IMG/VR virus record: IMGVR_UViG_3300048135_000646 | Length of the DNA: 64,000 nucleotides | From: an uncultured virus (IMG/VR IMGVR_UViG_3300048135_000646) | Lineage: Duplodnaviria > Heunggongvirae > Uroviricota > Caudoviricetes | Strand: one strand, 5' to 3' | Shown: positions 9,479-18,887 of the stretch, piece after piece | Layout: every line of letters starts with the position of its first letter | How positions within the stretch are numbered: the first letter of the stretch is position 1 | The notes under the pieces: generated by a model | The model's input: the letters and a program-made list of their open reading frames with translations, nothing else | Told to the model about the DNA's origin: nothing | Databases searched by the model: none | Program-made: the position numbers and the translations under genes

Positions 9479-10049
9479 AAAAAAATTAAACCACATTGGT
9501 AGAAAATATAAAAAGAAACAAATTCTTTTATATGATACTAAACGTAGGATTGATGACTTTGTCGGTAAATTAAAATATAGACAAGACGGTAATTATGAGG
9601 ACATTCCTCATTTTATTGTTTCTAAGATGGGAGACATATACCAAGTTTTGGATATGGATTATTCTTCAGTTACGTTTGGTAACCACGAATTAGACAAAAA
9701 ACAAGTTAAAATTGCGGTTGAAAATTTAGGGTGGTTACAAAAGAACACTATAACGGGTTATTATAGTAATTGGATAGGTGACCCCCATAGAAGTGACCCA
9801 TTTATTAGAAGTTGGAGAGATAAGTTTTATTGGGATCGTTATACTGACCAACAAATGGAAAGTATTGTTAATTTATGTGAATATATCTGTGAAGAGAAAC
9901 AAATACATAAAAGAGTGGTTCCCAGTCACGGTTACATAGAAAAGATAGATAAATTTAAAGGAATTGTATGTAAATCCAATTTTTCAAATATTTATACAGA
10001 TATAAACCCTTCGTTTAATTTTAAAAAATTCTTAGACGATGAAATATAA
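9444..10049 (+). CDS. N-acetylmuramoyl-L-alanine amidase (Amidase_2)-like protein, Zn ligands apparently degenerate
   Basis: [34 protein letters not shown]. Confidence 0.7.
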   Translation: MLEIRDVETIDKKKLNHIGRKYKKKQILLYDTKRRIDDFVGKLKYRQDGNYEDIPHFIVSKMGDIYQVLDMDYSSVTFGNHELDKKQVKIAVENLGWLQKNTITGYYSNWIGDPHRSDPFIRSWRDKFYWDRYTDQQMESIVNLCEYICEEKQIHKRVVPSHGYIEKIDKFKGIVCKSNFSNIYTDINPSFNFKKFLDDEI

Positions 10050-10536
10050 AACACATATGAACTACGATAATACTAAAAAAATGTTGAATACTCTAAGGAA
10101 TCTGACAGAGTCAACACTTGAAAAAGGAACAATTTCAGAGCAAGAGGAGAAAAAAGAATTAAAAGACAATGTAATCGTCGTCAATGGTGTTGAAGTGAGA
10201 CTCATTTCTTCAACTGATGAGGATTTGGATGTTAACGAGGTACAAAAGAAGACCATAGGGGACGTGATTAGTAATTTCGGTACACAGGTATCGGATTTAG
10301 GTGATCTTCGACCAGGCGTTACAATACAATCTAATCAAGTAAGATTAGACGGTAATTTACCTGACGTTGGTTTAGATTTTGTAATAATTGCGGGTGAAAA
10401 TAAAGGTACATACCTTAATACCGCTATGTTAAAAGTGAATTATGACCTATTAGAGTCAATTCAAAAACTTTTAAAGTTTGAAGATGTATTCGCAGATGCG
10501 ATGAATGACCTAATATCTCAAAGAAGAATAGATTAA
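10039..10536 (+). CDS. hypothetical protein (possible virion protein)
   Basis: ORF track; TATTTATA at 9989-9996 upstream. Confidence 0.7.
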   Translation: MKYKTHMNYDNTKKMLNTLRNLTESTLEKGTISEQEEKKELKDNVIVVNGVEVRLISSTDEDLDVNEVQKKTIGDVISNFGTQVSDLGDLRPGVTIQSNQVRLDGNLPDVGLDFVIIAGENKGTYLNTAMLKVNYDLLESIQKLLKFEDVFADAMNDLISQRRID

Positions 10537-10537
10537 T

Positions 10538-10783
10538 ATGGCTCTTACAACCACAGATAAAAATCAAATACAGACTATCGCTAAGAAAGAGATAAAGGAT
10601 TTTCTTAATGGTACTCAAGCACATAAGATCGTGGTTGATATGGTTAAAAAAGAGATGGGGGCGAGAGACATTAATAAAAAGGTGGTGGAATTATCTACTA
10701 AAGTTGTTGTTGAGTTGTTTAAACAACTATGGCAACGTAAGTCTTTTTGGGAAGGACCTTTAAAAAACATTAACACTAAGTAA
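10538..10783 (+). CDS. hypothetical protein
   Basis: ORF track; tight packing with neighbours. Confidence 0.7.
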   Translation: MALTTTDKNQIQTIAKKEIKDFLNGTQAHKIVVDMVKKEMGARDINKKVVELSTKVVVELFKQLWQRKSFWEGPLKNINTK

Positions 10784-11304
10784 TGAAAAAAGAAACCAAA
10801 GAAGCAACAATGGCGGGTGGTTCTTCAGGATCATTTGAGGCACCTATGAATTTTATTAGTAAGAGAGAAATATATAAAATTCATAATAGTAAGAAATACA
10901 ACGAGGAAGAACCTAAAGAGGAAGAATTTACTGAAGCAATGACTTCAGCTACATCGGCGGCGGGACAATACGATGCACCGTTTGGTAGTGGTGGTAAAGA
11001 TCCACTTAAAATCGGTGGACCTAAGACTATTGTACAACGTATGAAACATATGAGAAAAACTAATTTCCCAATGTATGGTGGAAAGGGTGGTTCATATGTT
11101 AAAGTGAAGGAAAAATGTAAAAAATTCCCATATTGTGAGGAGGGAGACATTAATGCTTTGGAATTCTATGAAAATGATGAATTAAATGAGGCAGTGAAGA
11201 GCGTTTCAAAAAAATACGGATTACCTTATAAAGAGGTGGAGAAATTAGTAATAAATGAGATAAAGGATATATTTATAGAATATGAAAGTTTCAGAACTAA
11301 ATAA
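10783..11304 (+). CDS. hypothetical protein (possible head-associated protein)
   Basis: ORF track; two EA(T/M)...G...AP segments; KCKKFPYC. Confidence 0.7.
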   Translation: MKKETKEATMAGGSSGSFEAPMNFISKREIYKIHNSKKYNEEEPKEEEFTEAMTSATSAAGQYDAPFGSGGKDPLKIGGPKTIVQRMKHMRKTNFPMYGGKGGSYVKVKEKCKKFPYCEEGDINALEFYENDELNEAVKSVSKKYGLPYKEVEKLVINEIKDIFIEYESFRTK

Positions 11305-12631
11305 AATTATTGAAGAAACGATCTCACAAGAGATAAAGGACACCATTCTGAAAGAAGGAAGTGGTGATAAGACCGCATACTGTATTAAGTGTGAGGGTGA
11401 ATACGTTGAGGTTTGTGACACAAAAGAGGAAGCGGACCAAAAATGTGAAGAATATAATAAAAATAACCCCGACAAAGATTTTGTTGTGGAAATAGAAACC
11501 TACGAATCAAAACAAGATTTATTAGATAAATTAGATCAATTAGGTGAAGAACTAGACTCAAAAGACATGAAAAAAGACCATTCAATAGAAGAATTAGAAC
11601 AAGACCAAAATGAATCAGCATTTGTTTTGGCGGCAGATGCGGCTAAAGATGCTGGTAAGGATGAATTTGAATTCCCTAAAGGAAGTGGAAAGATGCATCC
11701 CGTAACAATTAAAACAGATATTGACGAGAAAGAAGAATGTCAAGAATGTGGAGATAAAATGTACGAAGATGAGGAAGGAATTGTTGAACCACTTTATGAA
11801 GGTCAGTGTGAAGAGTGTGGGAAACCATTATGTGAGTGTGGAAGTATGGAAGAATCAGAAGATAAAGATTCACTCCCAAGTATGAATGAAATATCTAAAT
11901 GTGTTAAAGAAGGAATGACATATGAAGATATTTGTGAAAAATATTCAAAATGTGATAAGGAAAAATTAAAAGAAATGTATGAATCTTGTGGTAAACAACA
12001 CGAAGGTAAAGAACCTAAAGTACTTAGATTATCGGAATCACAATTAATAGATATGATCAGTAAATTAGTTAATGAAGCAGTAACACCGGGTTTAAAGGCG
12101 GTTAAAGATTCCCATAAATTAAGTAATAAAGAAACAAAAGAACATATGGCTAACGTAGACAAGAAATTAAAGAAGGCATTATCGATTGAAGGTAATGACA
12201 ATCCTGAATTTCCAAATGCATCAGGGAAAGGTGAAATAGACCCTAAAAAAGTAGTACATAATACCGAAGAAGAGAATGAAGAGGTAGATATGGAAAGAGG
12301 GGAACATATGTTAGATTTAGATTATGATCACGAACCTAGTGACGAGTTTAAAGAAAGAGTTAAAAAGGCGTTAGAAGGTGACTCTACTATGGGTAATGCT
12401 GACGGTGGAAACACAATCCCTACTGAAACAGGTAAAAATTTGGCTAAGACGGCTGAGAAAAGAAAAGACAGGTATGAAAATCAACCTATGTATAAGAAAG
12501 ATATACAACCTGTTAAAGTTGTTAAAGAAGAGAAAGAAGAATTAACCGAATCAAAAGAAAAAACAAACGTTTTAGAGGAAGAAATTCAAAGATTGAAGGA
12601 TCTTTCAAATTATAACGAAAAGACTCAATAA
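11282..12631 (+). CDS. acidic Cys-containing hypothetical protein (possible prohead core/internal protein)
   Basis: E/K-rich, CxxC clusters, LSESQLIDMISKLVNE, LEEEIQRLKDL. Confidence 0.7.
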   Translation: MKVSELNKIIEETISQEIKDTILKEGSGDKTAYCIKCEGEYVEVCDTKEEADQKCEEYNKNNPDKDFVVEIETYESKQDLLDKLDQLGEELDSKDMKKDHSIEELEQDQNESAFVLAADAAKDAGKDEFEFPKGSGKMHPVTIKTDIDEKEECQECGDKMYEDEEGIVEPLYEGQCEECGKPLCECGSMEESEDKDSLPSMNEISKCVKEGMTYEDICEKYSKCDKEKLKEMYESCGKQHEGKEPKVLRLSESQLIDMISKLVNEAVTPGLKAVKDSHKLSNKETKEHMANVDKKLKKALSIEGNDNPEFPNASGKGEIDPKKVVHNTEEENEEVDMERGEHMLDLDYDHEPSDEFKERVKKALEGDSTMGNADGGNTIPTETGKNLAKTAEKRKDRYENQPMYKKDIQPVKVVKEEKEELTESKEKTNVLEEEIQRLKDLSNYNEKTQ

Positions 12632-12636
12632 TATTG

Positions 12637-12665
12637 TTGTCTTTGTTTTCTTTTATTCGTATATT
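12637..12665 (+). promoter_or_regulatory. putative promoter TTGTCT-N17-TATATT
   Basis: Intergenic, exact 17-nt spacer, before ATG 12678. Confidence 0.55.
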
Positions 12666-12677
12666 TTTAATGAAAAT

Positions 12678-13133
12678 ATGGAAAATAAAGACACATATCT
12701 TAAATCAATACTCAAGGATCAAGACTACGGATACCAGACGGAAGTGTGGTATCGCGCTTACAGCATCACAACAGAAAAAATAGAACTATTCTACGACTTA
12801 GTGGATTCACTTTATAGAATAGTGGATCAAACCTACTTAGGTCCCGACGCTATCATTACAGAAGATGAACAAAGAAAACATTTTACATGGTGTTGGGATA
12901 AAGTCATCAATAATCTATCTAAAGAAAAGATAAATTTTAATAGTAGGGGAATACATTATGAATATTTTTGGGATTTCTTTTTAGAATCATTTTATTATTT
13001 AAAAATGGATGAGGAAGAAATTAAAATTAAGGAATATCTCTATAGACTCTTCAATTACAACCACAAAAAGACAAGATCTGAACTAGCGGTTCTAACAGAA
13101 ATTTATAAATTACTAGAAAATAACTTGAACTAG
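12678..13133 (+). CDS. hypothetical protein
   Basis: ORF track. Confidence 0.75.
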   Translation: MENKDTYLKSILKDQDYGYQTEVWYRAYSITTEKIELFYDLVDSLYRIVDQTYLGPDAIITEDEQRKHFTWCWDKVINNLSKEKINFNSRGIHYEYFWDFFLESFYYLKMDEEEIKIKEYLYRLFNYNHKKTRSELAVLTEIYKLLENNLN

Positions 13134-13153
13134 TAAAATAAATTCCGTATATT
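13125..13153 (+). promoter_or_regulatory. putative promoter TTGAAC-N17-TATATT
   Basis: Exact 17-nt spacer, before ATG 13177. Confidence 0.5.
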
Positions 13154-13176
13154 ACTATCAGAAACGGTAATAAAGT

Positions 13177-13359
13177 ATGGAAACGTTAGGAAAAATTAAG
13201 GACCTTGTAGAGAAAATGTCGGTTGACACTCACAAGGTATACGACAAAGGTAACAGATCTGCATCAATCAGAGCACGAAAATACGCTCAAGAAGTAAAGA
13301 GTCTTATTGCATCATTCAGAAAAGAAATATTAGACGAAATAAAGAGACATGATAAATAA
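13177..13359 (+). CDS. histone H1-like Hc1-family protein
   Basis: KGNRSASIRARK...FRKE resembles the Bacteroidota Hc1 motif KGNKAAGTRARK. Confidence 0.75.
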   Translation: METLGKIKDLVEKMSVDTHKVYDKGNRSASIRARKYAQEVKSLIASFRKEILDEIKRHDK

Positions 13360-13528
13360 TATAGAATTATACATTTTGGTCTTATCGATAGTTTTCGTTC
13401 TAAGATTTATAGTTGAGTTTATAGTAAAATTATTTATAACATCTGCAGAACCATTATCAACAAATAAATATGAGAAAGTAATTCTATACTTCGCAATCTC
13501 ATATATAATAACATATATAATAACATAA
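13349..13528 (+). CDS. small two-TM membrane protein (59 aa, not in track)
   Basis: Own translation MINNIELYILVLSIVFVLRFIVEFIVKLF...ILYFAISYIITYIIT*; fills the gap. Confidence 0.65.
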   Translation: MINNIELYILVLSIVFVLRFIVEFIVKLFITSAEPLSTNKYEKVILYFAISYIITYIIT

Positions 13529-13533
13529 AATAA

Positions 13534-14034
13534 GTGTACGAAATAATAAAACCTTTAAGACCTTATTTCTTTTCTCTAAGAGAGATTAAGGGAAATGTTA
13601 GTTTAGATTTAAAACTTCCATCAAAATGGAAATACGAAGAAATTGTTTCTGTTTATAAGACCTTAAAAATAAAGGTCCAAGACAAAAACGATAAAGATGT
13701 TTTAGTCTCTTTTATATGTGAATCATCTCAAGATGGATACAACACTGCACTACAATGTGCAAATGAAGTGGTCGAAAAAAACATTGAAGAGGAAAAGAAA
13801 AGAGAGTTGTTCGATAAGAAAGTTAGAGAAATGAGAGCATTGTTTGAGGAAAGTAAGTTAGATGATCTCGAAAATTTAAAATTTGAAAGTAATGTCCAAG
13901 AATACGACACGCAAAGAATTAGATTGGTTGGAGAAGGAGATTCAAAAGGATCAGTTGGAAGTGGAGACACACAAGAAAAAAATGATTCAACAACTGATGA
14001 AGACGAAGAAGGAGGATCTATTCAAAGTCCCTGA
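13534..14034 (+). CDS. hypothetical protein
   Basis: ORF track, GTG start. Confidence 0.7.
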   Translation: MYEIIKPLRPYFFSLREIKGNVSLDLKLPSKWKYEEIVSVYKTLKIKVQDKNDKDVLVSFICESSQDGYNTALQCANEVVEKNIEEEKKRELFDKKVREMRALFEESKLDDLENLKFESNVQEYDTQRIRLVGEGDSKGSVGSGDTQEKNDSTTDEDEEGGSIQSP

Positions 14035-14098
14035 AAGTAAAAAAACAAATAAATTTAAAGACCTACTAACCAAAGTAGGTAAAATATTAGGTATATAA
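13892..14098 (+). CDS. hypothetical protein (ATG 13892), overlaps upstream gene
   Basis: MSKNTTRKELDWLEKEI...; TAATG coupling to the next gene. Confidence 0.6.
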   Translation: MSKNTTRKELDWLEKEIQKDQLEVETHKKKMIQQLMKTKKEDLFKVPESKKTNKFKDLLTKVGKILGI

Positions 14099-14343
14099 TG
14101 TCAAAAGAAAAAAAAGGTGACATATTAAATCAATTAGCCATTATTTCAGATCTAATAGAAAAAGTCGCATTTGATTTTAATGGGGGTACGGTATTTTATG
14201 AATTAACTGAGGAAGAATACGATAAAATATTAGAATACATTAAAACTAAATTTGATGGTAATGAGGTTGAGGAAACTGATTCTAATACATTTTCCATTTT
14301 AATAGGGGATATCTCCTTTATGTTTAGTAAGAATAGTGTCTAA
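14098..14343 (+). CDS. hypothetical protein
   Basis: ORF track. Confidence 0.7.
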   Translation: MSKEKKGDILNQLAIISDLIEKVAFDFNGGTVFYELTEEEYDKILEYIKTKFDGNEVEETDSNTFSILIGDISFMFSKNSV

Positions 14344-14974
14344 ATAGATCGGTACGTTTGTAACCTTTCTTTTCAAGTAAGTTGTATAGGGTTTTTCTTT
14401 GTGTGGTAGTAATATCTTTCACAAAAATGAAATTACCCTTTTTTTTATGTTTTAATAAATCTTCCCTAAGTAAATCAAATAATCTGTCAGAGTCGTATAA
14501 GTTCTTATTACCGAACATCCTAATGTTATCTTCTATTTGAAGAAACAATTTAGTATTAAGAGTGAATATTTGTGCAATCTCGTCGACCTCAACCAATAAA
14601 TCTAATAGTTGGTGATATCTAATGTGTCCCTTATTATCATGATCGTATATTTTCTCTTCCTGCCAATAAGGAACTATTTCCTTCATTCTGAAACCCTTCA
14701 TATCAACACCCGCTTCGTACAATCTACCAAACTCATCTCTTTTGACAACTGTTTTTTTCTTTGCCCATCTATTATCGGGATATATTAGTGCGAGTTCGTA
14801 ATCCAACTTCTGGTTACGTTTACCACCGTACTCTTTTGTATACCTCGGTTTCTTTTCGGTTTTTAACTCATACCACATATCACGTATTGCGGGAAGACTA
14901 ATAGTTTGGTAAAAGAGTTTCTTTCTTTTTTTATTGCAGAAGAGTATTATTTTATATTTCTTCTTCTTTTTCAT
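14324..14974 (-). CDS. hypothetical basic protein
   Basis: ORF track (14324..14980); ATG at 14974 preferred; no competing + strand gene. Confidence 0.75.
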   Translation of the reverse strand: MKKKKKYKIILFCNKKRKKLFYQTISLPAIRDMWYELKTEKKPRYTKEYGGKRNQKLDYELALIYPDNRWAKKKTVVKRDEFGRLYEAGVDMKGFRMKEIVPYWQEEKIYDHDNKGHIRYHQLLDLLVEVDEIAQIFTLNTKLFLQIEDNIRMFGNKNLYDSDRLFDLLREDLLKHKKKGNFIFVKDITTTQRKTLYNLLEKKGYKRTDLFRHYSY

Positions 14975-14976
14975 AC

Positions 14977-15141
14977 TCAAAATAATAGAGATAGGATTTT
15001 GTAAAGTCCGTACATGGATAAACCTAAAACAATGAATAGGGATATTTTAATACTTTTTTCTACTTTAATTACTTCTTGAAGTAGTTCTTCCCTTTCTTGT
15101 TTTTTCTTACACTTTGAGCAAGATTCCTTTTTTTTCTTCAT
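14977..15141 (-). CDS. small protein with CxxC and C-terminal TM helix (54 aa, not in track)
   Basis: Own translation MKKKKESCSKCKKKQEREELL...ISLFIVLGLSMYGLYKILSLLF*. Confidence 0.6.
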   Translation of the reverse strand: MKKKKESCSKCKKKQEREELLQEVIKVEKSIKISLFIVLGLSMYGLYKILSLLF

Positions 15142-15177
15142 AATAATAATATATGTAATTTATAACTATTTATCAAT

Positions 15178-15930
15178 ATGAAACTTTTGGAAATAGTCGA
15201 GGGCGATAAAATAAAGTGTGAGAGCTGCGGATGGAGTTGGAAAATATCCGAAGGTGGTGACGACTTATACATTTGTCATAAATGTGGTAACGACACGAAT
15301 GCCGATACCATAAATGAATCACTAAAAGACCTCAAGTTCAGTGAATCAATAAGTGATAAACATCAAAAAGAAATAGATTATAATAGGGAAAGTGGTTTGT
15401 TTAAGGACTTTGACATTTCTAAATATAAGAAAATGTATCCTCCGAGTAATGACTCTAAGATTGTAAAAGAAGAATTGAAAACATTATCATCACTACCCGA
15501 ACAAAAGGACTTCGTTGAAAAATATGATCGAATATTCAAATCATTTAAAAAATATGCGGAACAACGGGACCATAAAATACCTAAAACCCAAATTAAAGAG
15601 GTTATTAAAAGTGCGGCGGGTATAATTTATGAATTAAAGTATCATTTTAACAGACCAAGACCACAACAAATAGCGGAACATAATGATATGAAGATAGGTG
15701 GTATGGATTTAGAAAGTGCAAAATCACCATCATACCCATCTGGTCATTCAACTCAATCTAAAATAGTTGGAGAAATATTAGTTGAAGTCACTAAAGATGT
15801 GGAGTATCGTAATATTGCCGAAAAAATATCCATAAGTAGAAATGTGGGTCGAGTACATTTTCCTAGCGATTCTAAGTTAGGTGAGAAGTTGGGTGAAGAT
15901 TTATTTGAATTCCTAAAAAACAAGAGATAA
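15178..15930 (+). CDS. PAP2/haloperoxidase-superfamily phosphatase with N-terminal zinc ribbon
   Basis: KYHFNRPRP, SYPSGH, SR...VHFPSD; CESC...CHKC. Confidence 0.82.
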   Translation: MKLLEIVEGDKIKCESCGWSWKISEGGDDLYICHKCGNDTNADTINESLKDLKFSESISDKHQKEIDYNRESGLFKDFDISKYKKMYPPSNDSKIVKEELKTLSSLPEQKDFVEKYDRIFKSFKKYAEQRDHKIPKTQIKEVIKSAAGIIYELKYHFNRPRPQQIAEHNDMKIGGMDLESAKSPSYPSGHSTQSKIVGEILVEVTKDVEYRNIAEKISISRNVGRVHFPSDSKLGEKLGEDLFEFLKNKR

Positions 15931-15935
15931 CGAGG

Positions 15936-15964
15936 TTGACTTACTCATTCTTTTTCTGTATATT
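15936..15964 (+). promoter_or_regulatory. putative promoter TTGACT-N17-TATATT
   Basis: Intergenic, exact 17-nt spacer, before ATG 15995. Confidence 0.6.
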
Positions 15965-15994
15965 TTATATAAGTAAACGAAACATCGAAATTAC

Positions 15995-16939
15995 ATGATA
16001 AGTTATATTGGAGGTAAAGCCAGAATAGGGAAATGGATAGTTCCGTTCATTCCTAATGACATCGAGACATACGTTGAACCTTTCTCAGGGATGTTTTGGG
16101 TGTTCTTCAATATGGACCTTAAAAAATATCCTAATCTTAAGACAGTAGTGTATAATGACTTCAATGGGTTGAATGCAAACCTGATGAAGTGTTCTTTAGA
16201 TTATGATAGAATGCATGAAGAATTAAATAAGTATATCGAATATGTACAGGTAGTTGGTGAAGAAAACACACCTCCTGAATGTAGAGAATTTTTCAATAAA
16301 TGTCAAGAAGAGGTCTTTCATCCCGATTATGAAATAGGGGAATATCCAAACTACGAAGCGGCAGTAAAATATGTTTACGTACTAACACAAATATTTTCAG
16401 GATCCAAACCTGAAACTTCAAACTACACAGATTATAAAGGTAAGTATCGTTGTAAAGTCCTGATATTTATGGATAAGTTGAAGAATGGTAAGTTTAGAGA
16501 ACACTTCGACAAAATAACATTCGTGGAAAATATGGATTTTCAAGATGTAATAGAGAAATATGATTCTCCCACTTCTTACTTCTATACTGACCCACCTTAT
16601 TGGAAAACTGAAAACTATTATTCGAATCACGATTTTGATAGGTCAGACCATGAGAGGTTAGCGGACTGTTTAAAAAATTCGGAAGGGAGATACAGTTTAT
16701 CGTATTATGACTTTCCATTATTACAGACGTGGTTTCCTTACACGGATTACAAATGGGAAAAGAAGGGTTTTAAAAAATCCGCAGCAGCGAAGAAAGACGG
16801 TACACAAAATACGGGTATTGAAATTCTGATAATGAACTACGGACAACCATCATATAAGGAGGGTGAACAACTGAGTATGTTTGAACTTGTGGATGATGAG
16901 AAGGACAAAACAAAAAAAATATTAGTCCCTAAACTGTAG
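15995..16939 (+). CDS. DNA adenine methyltransferase (Dam/D12 class), orphan
   Basis: YIGGK, YVEPFSG, VYND, DPPY, SYY, EILIMNY. Confidence 0.9.
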   Translation: MISYIGGKARIGKWIVPFIPNDIETYVEPFSGMFWVFFNMDLKKYPNLKTVVYNDFNGLNANLMKCSLDYDRMHEELNKYIEYVQVVGEENTPPECREFFNKCQEEVFHPDYEIGEYPNYEAAVKYVYVLTQIFSGSKPETSNYTDYKGKYRCKVLIFMDKLKNGKFREHFDKITFVENMDFQDVIEKYDSPTSYFYTDPPYWKTENYYSNHDFDRSDHERLADCLKNSEGRYSLSYYDFPLLQTWFPYTDYKWEKKGFKKSAAAKKDGTQNTGIEILIMNYGQPSYKEGEQLSMFELVDDEKDKTKKILVPKL

Positions 16940-16961
16940 TTTATAGTTTATTATATAAAGT

Positions 16962-17483
16962 ATGGGTAGTTATTGGTATTTAGTAAAAGTACTGCCAGGT
17001 AAAGAGAGACAACTTAAAGATAAATTCAATTCGGATATTGAGTTGGGTAACATCAGAGGAATAAAAGAATTTGTTTGTCCATTAGAGAAAGAACTTAAAA
17101 TGGTCAAAACAAAGAAAGTCGTAAGAGAAAGGGTAATATACACAGGTTACTTATATTTTAATACGGATGAACTTCTAACAGAAGACGATCTAACTAACTT
17201 GTCCTACTTACCTGACACCATGAAAGTTTTGGGGGACAAAAGACCAATAAGAGTCAGAGATAGGGAAATTCAGAGGGTCCTAAAAAATGGTCAAGAAGGT
17301 CAAGAAATTGTAAGTAGTATACAATACAACATAGGTGAAACAGTTAAGGTTATTGACGGACCATTTAACACCTTTGATGGTGAAATCAGATCTATAAATG
17401 GTGATAAAGTTGATGTAGATGTTAAGGTTTTTGGTAGACCTACCAAAGTTACGTTATCAAAAGAACAGATAGATAAATTATGA
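16962..17483 (+). CDS. nusG: transcription elongation/antitermination factor, NusG family
   Basis: WYLVKV..GKE, YTGYLY; KOW domain VKVIDGPFNTFDG...VKVFGRPT. Confidence 0.9.
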   Translation: MGSYWYLVKVLPGKERQLKDKFNSDIELGNIRGIKEFVCPLEKELKMVKTKKVVRERVIYTGYLYFNTDELLTEDDLTNLSYLPDTMKVLGDKRPIRVRDREIQRVLKNGQEGQEIVSSIQYNIGETVKVIDGPFNTFDGEIRSINGDKVDVDVKVFGRPTKVTLSKEQIDKL

Positions 17484-17809
17484 TAGACGCTGAGGTGTTA
17501 TTATATATTGCGAAACTAACAAAGTATTTGGATACCAATAAAAATGCGAGAGAACATTTTGTTGGTGATTTAGACGTGGAAATTTTCTTAGAAAATGTTA
17601 CTATGGTTGCAATGGGGAACTTCGAAAAAAAGAACGACCCTACATTATCAATGGATCAATTTGAACAAATAAGAAAGTCCATGAGGTCGTCGGAGTTAAA
17701 GAAGGGCATTATGGAAGAAATAAATGAAATTTCTAATAGAGACGATAGTTATTATGAACCTACAATCTTTATAGATGAAAGAGGTCTTGAAACAATTAAA
17801 ACTAAATGA
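17480..17809 (+). CDS. hypothetical protein
   Basis: ORF track; ATGA overlaps. Confidence 0.7.
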   Translation: MIDAEVLLYIAKLTKYLDTNKNAREHFVGDLDVEIFLENVTMVAMGNFEKKNDPTLSMDQFEQIRKSMRSSELKKGIMEEINEISNRDDSYYEPTIFIDERGLETIKTK

Positions 17810-18885
17810 ATATACCTAAATATTATCCAATATTTGAATCAACATATAGTGAGGAGATTGCCAGTGAACAAATCTTCATACTAAAATACGAGAAATTACC
17901 TTCAGTAAAGTCATACAGGGTACCCTTCAGCGAAAGAGTTTTGGAACTCATAACTAAGGACGGATTTTCAATACTAAGTAAATTAAGTAGCGAGTACCAT
18001 ACAAGTATAAGAACTCTAATTGGGAGAACATCTGAAGAGACTCTATATCATTTTGATGACAAGGAATTACTAATTAAAACTAAAAGAAGTAAAGGGAATA
18101 AAAATATTACTCTAACTTTTTACTATTCTCATGAAAATGGTAGTATTGAGTCTCAATACAATTTAGATAAATTAAAAAGACATATTACGAAAAAAAAGAA
18201 AGGTAATATATCTTTAATAAAGTCTCATAGCGGTGGATTCTTAGATTTGGAAGAGTATGAATTGAAAATACCTAAAACGGATTTAAAACTTAATTATGGT
18301 AAAGATTTTAAGAAAATCCACGATACTATAGTTAGGAGGTTGAATAAGGATAATGATAAGGGTATTGTTCTTTTACATGGTGAACCTGGTACGGGTAAAA
18401 CAACCTATATAAAATATTTATCCTCATTAATAAAAGAAAAACAAATCATATTTGTTCCACCTATGATGGCGGAATCACTAACAGACCCAACGATCATACC
18501 ATTCTTAATGGAATATAAAAATAGTATTCTAATAATTGAAGATGCTGAGAAAGTTTTAGGTACTCGAGAGAATTCAAACAATACGTCACAGAGTACATCT
18601 AACCTACTTAACTTAACTGACGGTATCTTGGGGGATTGTCTAAATATACAAATTGTGGCGACTTTCAATACGAAAAGAGATAATATTGATGATGCATTTA
18701 TGAGAAAAGGAAGGTTAATTGCTGAACATAAATTTACTAAATTATCAATAGAGGAAAGTAATAAATTATTGGAATCACTTTCTAAAGACGTTATAACAGA
18801 AGAAGAAATGGCATTATCCGATATATACAATATAGATGTTGATATCTATAAAACAATTAAACAAAAAGGTAAAATAGGTTTTTAA
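17806..18885 (+). CDS. AAA+ ATPase
   Basis: GEPGTGKTT, IIEDAE, LLNLTDG, RKGRL. Confidence 0.88.
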   Translation: MNIPKYYPIFESTYSEEIASEQIFILKYEKLPSVKSYRVPFSERVLELITKDGFSILSKLSSEYHTSIRTLIGRTSEETLYHFDDKELLIKTKRSKGNKNITLTFYYSHENGSIESQYNLDKLKRHITKKKKGNISLIKSHSGGFLDLEEYELKIPKTDLKLNYGKDFKKIHDTIVRRLNKDNDKGIVLLHGEPGTGKTTYIKYLSSLIKEKQIIFVPPMMAESLTDPTIIPFLMEYKNSILIIEDAEKVLGTRENSNNTSQSTSNLLNLTDGILGDCLNIQIVATFNTKRDNIDDAFMRKGRLIAEHKFTKLSIEESNKLLESLSKDVITEEEMALSDIYNIDVDIYKTIKQKGKIGF

Positions 18886-18887
18886 TT

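Noticed and set aside
15995..16939. Restriction-modification system
   Set aside because: No adjacent endonuclease; orphan methyltransferases are common in large phages
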